Shown here: positions 61,544-64,000 of the stretch, piece by piece
Numbering within the stretch: position 1 is the stretch's first letter
Layout: each line of letters starts with the position of its first letter
Translations under genes and position numbers: made by a program
Assembly (NCBI GenBank): GCA_038884455.1
Contig: JAWABU010000003.1
Coordinates: 1,969-65,968 of the forward strand
DNA: 64,000 bases
Direction: 5' to 3'
From: Thermoplasmatota archaeon
GTDB lineage: Archaea; Thermoplasmatota; E2; DHVEG-1
The notes under the pieces: model-generated
Database searches by the model: none
Told to the model about the DNA's origin: nothing
The model's input: only the letters and a program-made list of their open reading frames with translations

Positions 61544-61989
61544 ACGTATTTATTCGCCAATTTACAAATAAAAATATTATGTATATTCAACGCGGGCATC
61601 AATATTTTCTAGCAAATAAGTATCTTGAAAACTATCGGCTTCCACATCCTGAAAATGTATTTGGTGTTTATCTGGGCAGAGAAAAAAACAATGAGTTTTT
61701 TCCTTCATTTGCGCTGCTTGATATTCTTGCTCAGATTTCTTGTGAAAAAGTTATCGTTAGTGAACTCGGAGAGCTTGATTTTTTATATGGTAAAAATTTA
61801 AAACAGAAACATATCATCAAAATATTAGGAAAAAAAGAAGATGGTTGTTTAAAACTAGTGCAGAATATACATGATGAGAATCTTGGATATGGGAAGCTCA
61901 TTCAAGATTCAAAGAGTCATTCGCAAGTTTTGAAACATATTCTTGATCGTGGTATTTTTTTAAAATTGGATAGACACCCGGAACTATAG
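61537..61989 (+). CDS. Nip7-like / PUA-domain protein (hypothetical), 150 aa.
   Basis: It overlaps the nop2-like gene by 7 nt. FGVYLGRE...ILGKKEDGCLKLVQNIHDENLGYGKL resembles pre-PUA plus PUA. Confidence 0.35.
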   Translation: MLNVFIRQFTNKNIMYIQRGHQYFLANKYLENYRLPHPENVFGVYLGREKNNEFFPSFALLDILAQISCEKVIVSELGELDFLYGKNLKQKHIIKILGKKEDGCLKLVQNIHDENLGYGKLIQDSKSHSQVLKHILDRGIFLKLDRHPEL

Positions 61990-62083
61990 CAAAAATGCAT
62001 AATGTGAAAAGCCTTAAAAAGCCTTATAAATACCTTGTTTATTTCGACATCCCTACAATAATAAAAATCATAGGTGTTCGGAT

Positions 62084-62608
62084 ATGGCGCGAAAACCAGC
62101 AAGTATGTATCGATATGTTCGAAGTATGGCGACAACCCGTCGTGAATATATGGGTGGTGTTCCTGCACCGCGTATTACTCAATTTGTCATTGGAAATAAA
62201 ACCGAAGATTTTCCTATTTTTTTAACGTTAAATGCTGTTGAAAAATGTCAACTTCGTCATAATTCGCTTGAGGCAGCTCGTGTCTCTGCGAACAAAACAC
62301 TTGAATCAAAAGCAGGACTTGCAAATTATCGGCTTCATGTCCGGGTCTATCCACATATTGTCCTACGAGAAAACAAACAAGCAACAGGGGCTGGGGCAGA
62401 TCGTGTATCGCAGGGAATGAGACGAGCCTATGGTAAACCGGTTGGAACTGCGGCACGTGTCAAACCGGATCAGATTATTATGACACTTGAAACAACAGAA
62501 CAGTTTTTCTCCTTAGCTAAAGATGCATTACGGAAAGCAAGCATGAAACTTTCAACACCCTGTACCATTAATGTTGTCAAAGGTCCTACGCCGCTCAAAC
62601 AAGCATAA
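62084..62608 (+). CDS. rpl10e: Ribosomal protein L10e (uL16).
   Basis: The N-terminus reads MARKPASMYRYV...RREYMGGVPAPRI and a later region reads RLHVRVYPHIVLRENK. Confidence 0.9.
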   Translation: MARKPASMYRYVRSMATTRREYMGGVPAPRITQFVIGNKTEDFPIFLTLNAVEKCQLRHNSLEAARVSANKTLESKAGLANYRLHVRVYPHIVLRENKQATGAGADRVSQGMRRAYGKPVGTAARVKPDQIIMTLETTEQFFSLAKDALRKASMKLSTPCTINVVKGPTPLKQA

Positions 62609-62633
62609 AAAATGATATTTTTCGTGTCCTTTT

Positions 62634-63881
62634 TTATCCCGGAAAGAGATACTTCATAATCCAGGGAAAGAAAACAAGCAGTAATACGATTAATGAAAGC
62701 GTTAGTGAGATATGTTTTATCAGCTTCTCTCGTTGTGCATCAGGAATGTTGTTCTTCAAGCGTTTCACCAGGTCGTGTAATGCATCGTTGAACAGAAAAC
62801 CGCCATCTAACGGGATCATAGGTAAGACGTTGAACAAGGCGACCGCGAGATTCAACCAAAAGATCCAGTACGCTGCATTCACAATGGTCCAAAACACTGA
62901 AGGAGGAATGATGCTGAGTGGTCCTGTAATGACAAACGCATCAGTAAAAGGGGCAACAAGGGGATTGTATCCTTGGAAATATCCCCAGAGCGGGATGATA
63001 TAGAGAATCATCAGACCATTCGGAAAATCTTGAAAAGGATTTTGTAATACGGAGAGAAAGCCGACATGAGCTTGACTTACCTGCCAACCCGCAAAGCTTA
63101 CATTTCGATATGAATCATTCTGAAAATAGGTATATGCATCAGCAAACGTAATCTGAGATGAAAAAACTGTTTTTCCTTGAACGTAGGTGATGTTTACCGT
63201 CTGAAAAGCTTTTGTAGCAGCTAGTATTTGTTTGTAACTTGAAAGATTTTTTATTTGAGTATCATTTAACTTAGAGATAATCATGCCTGGCTGTATGCCA
63301 AGATGAGCTGCAGGAGTATCGTCAACGATATAGATAACGCTAACACCATCAGCAGCAGGTTGAACAGCAGACATGCATACAAATGAAAACAGAAAAATAC
63401 TTAGTAGCACAACTAGAAAATTTGAAAAAGGTCCAGCTGCATAAATTTTCATTCGGGGTATGATCGGTGCTTTTTTTAACTCTTCTTCATCAGGTTCACA
63501 AAATGCACCAATTGGGACAATTAGATACAATATCCCCAGTGATTTAACTTTCAGCCTTCCAAGAATCGTGAGAATTCCATGGGAAAATTCATGAGCAACC
63601 ATTGCGACAATTAAACCAAGAAGGATGTATCCTAAAAAGGCGAGAGGAAGTATTGGGTTAATTCCTGGGATTACTAATGCGACTTCAATTCCAGGTAATG
63701 CTTGTTTTTGTTCAGGGGTGAAACCAAGTACTGCCCATGCTTGCCAGATAATCATCGCAGTCATAAAAAACATAGCAATGAAACAAAATAAAATACCTGC
63801 AGTGCCAAAACAACTCCAAAAACGATTTCGTTGTGCCAGTCGTTTCAAAAAACCGATTCCTTTTTCAGTCCGCCACATCAA
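62634..63881 (-). CDS. Site-2 protease (M50 family zinc metalloprotease) with a PDZ domain.
   Basis: HExxH is VAHEFSHGIL. The LDGG motif is NVLPMIPLDGG. A PDZ-like insert contains GIQPGMII. Confidence 0.8.
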   Translation of the reverse strand: MMWRTEKGIGFLKRLAQRNRFWSCFGTAGILFCFIAMFFMTAMIIWQAWAVLGFTPEQKQALPGIEVALVIPGINPILPLAFLGYILLGLIVAMVAHEFSHGILTILGRLKVKSLGILYLIVPIGAFCEPDEEELKKAPIIPRMKIYAAGPFSNFLVVLLSIFLFSFVCMSAVQPAADGVSVIYIVDDTPAAHLGIQPGMIISKLNDTQIKNLSSYKQILAATKAFQTVNITYVQGKTVFSSQITFADAYTYFQNDSYRNVSFAGWQVSQAHVGFLSVLQNPFQDFPNGLMILYIIPLWGYFQGYNPLVAPFTDAFVITGPLSIIPPSVFWTIVNAAYWIFWLNLAVALFNVLPMIPLDGGFLFNDALHDLVKRLKNNIPDAQREKLIKHISLTLSLIVLLLVFFPWIMKYLFPG

Positions 63882-64000
63882 CGCAGGGCCCCATAGAGAG
63901 ATATGATATCGTTCAAGGATATTCTTTTTCCTCAGGATAAAAACTGAGACAGCATAGATGCTGAGTAGGCAAATAAATAGAAAGAAACCCTCAAATATTG

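Noticed and set aside
63625-63906. A 93-aa plus-strand ORF at the window end.
   Set aside because: It is antisense to the 5' part of the S2P/M50 protease gene.

Overview
This is a low-GC (~35% by eye), gene-dense archaeal chromosome segment. The archaeal assignment rests on A1A0-type ATP synthase genes in ahaHIKECFABD order, rpoL/Rpo11, exosome Csl4, ribosomal protein L10e, aIF5B and Nog1.

The left ~16 kb is an accessory-looking module of three co-directional minus-strand genes for secreted proteins. The first is partial at the window edge. The next two are giant multidomain proteins of 2532 and about 2680 aa. The first giant carries LamG-like, Ig-like, a caspase-like clan-CD peptidase domain with an His-Gly...D-T-C-H-A-G dyad, PD40-like beta-propeller repeats, HAF repeats and a papain-like 'WCGPTA' module. 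The second carries FN3 domains, a 7-blade FG-GAP propeller, LamG, and a papain-like 'MCGPAC' module. Both are dense in N-x-S/T sequons. This cell-surface, possibly host- or partner-interaction, system is the most plausibly novel feature of the window.

The next block is an overlapping minus-strand operon. It encodes a winged-helix protein, an HTH–CTP-dependent riboflavin kinase fusion (RbkR-like), a family X DNA polymerase with a PHP domain, and an NAD+-dependent DNA ligase (LigA, unusual for archaea). A small Cys-rich ORF follows.

The remainder is mostly housekeeping. A 14-gene group-4 [NiFe] hydrogenase/Mrp-antiporter cluster (Mbh-like, in the order JKLN-ABCDEFGHI-M) is transcribed divergently from a complete A-type ATP synthase operon. 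The ATP synthase c subunit is a duplicated hairpin with a single carboxylate and an AhaG-like micro-ORF follows the operon. The other genes are listed in the features below, including tRNA-Gly(GCC).

No CRISPR array, transposase, integrase or intein was seen. All domain calls come from motif reading by eye; I ran no database search.
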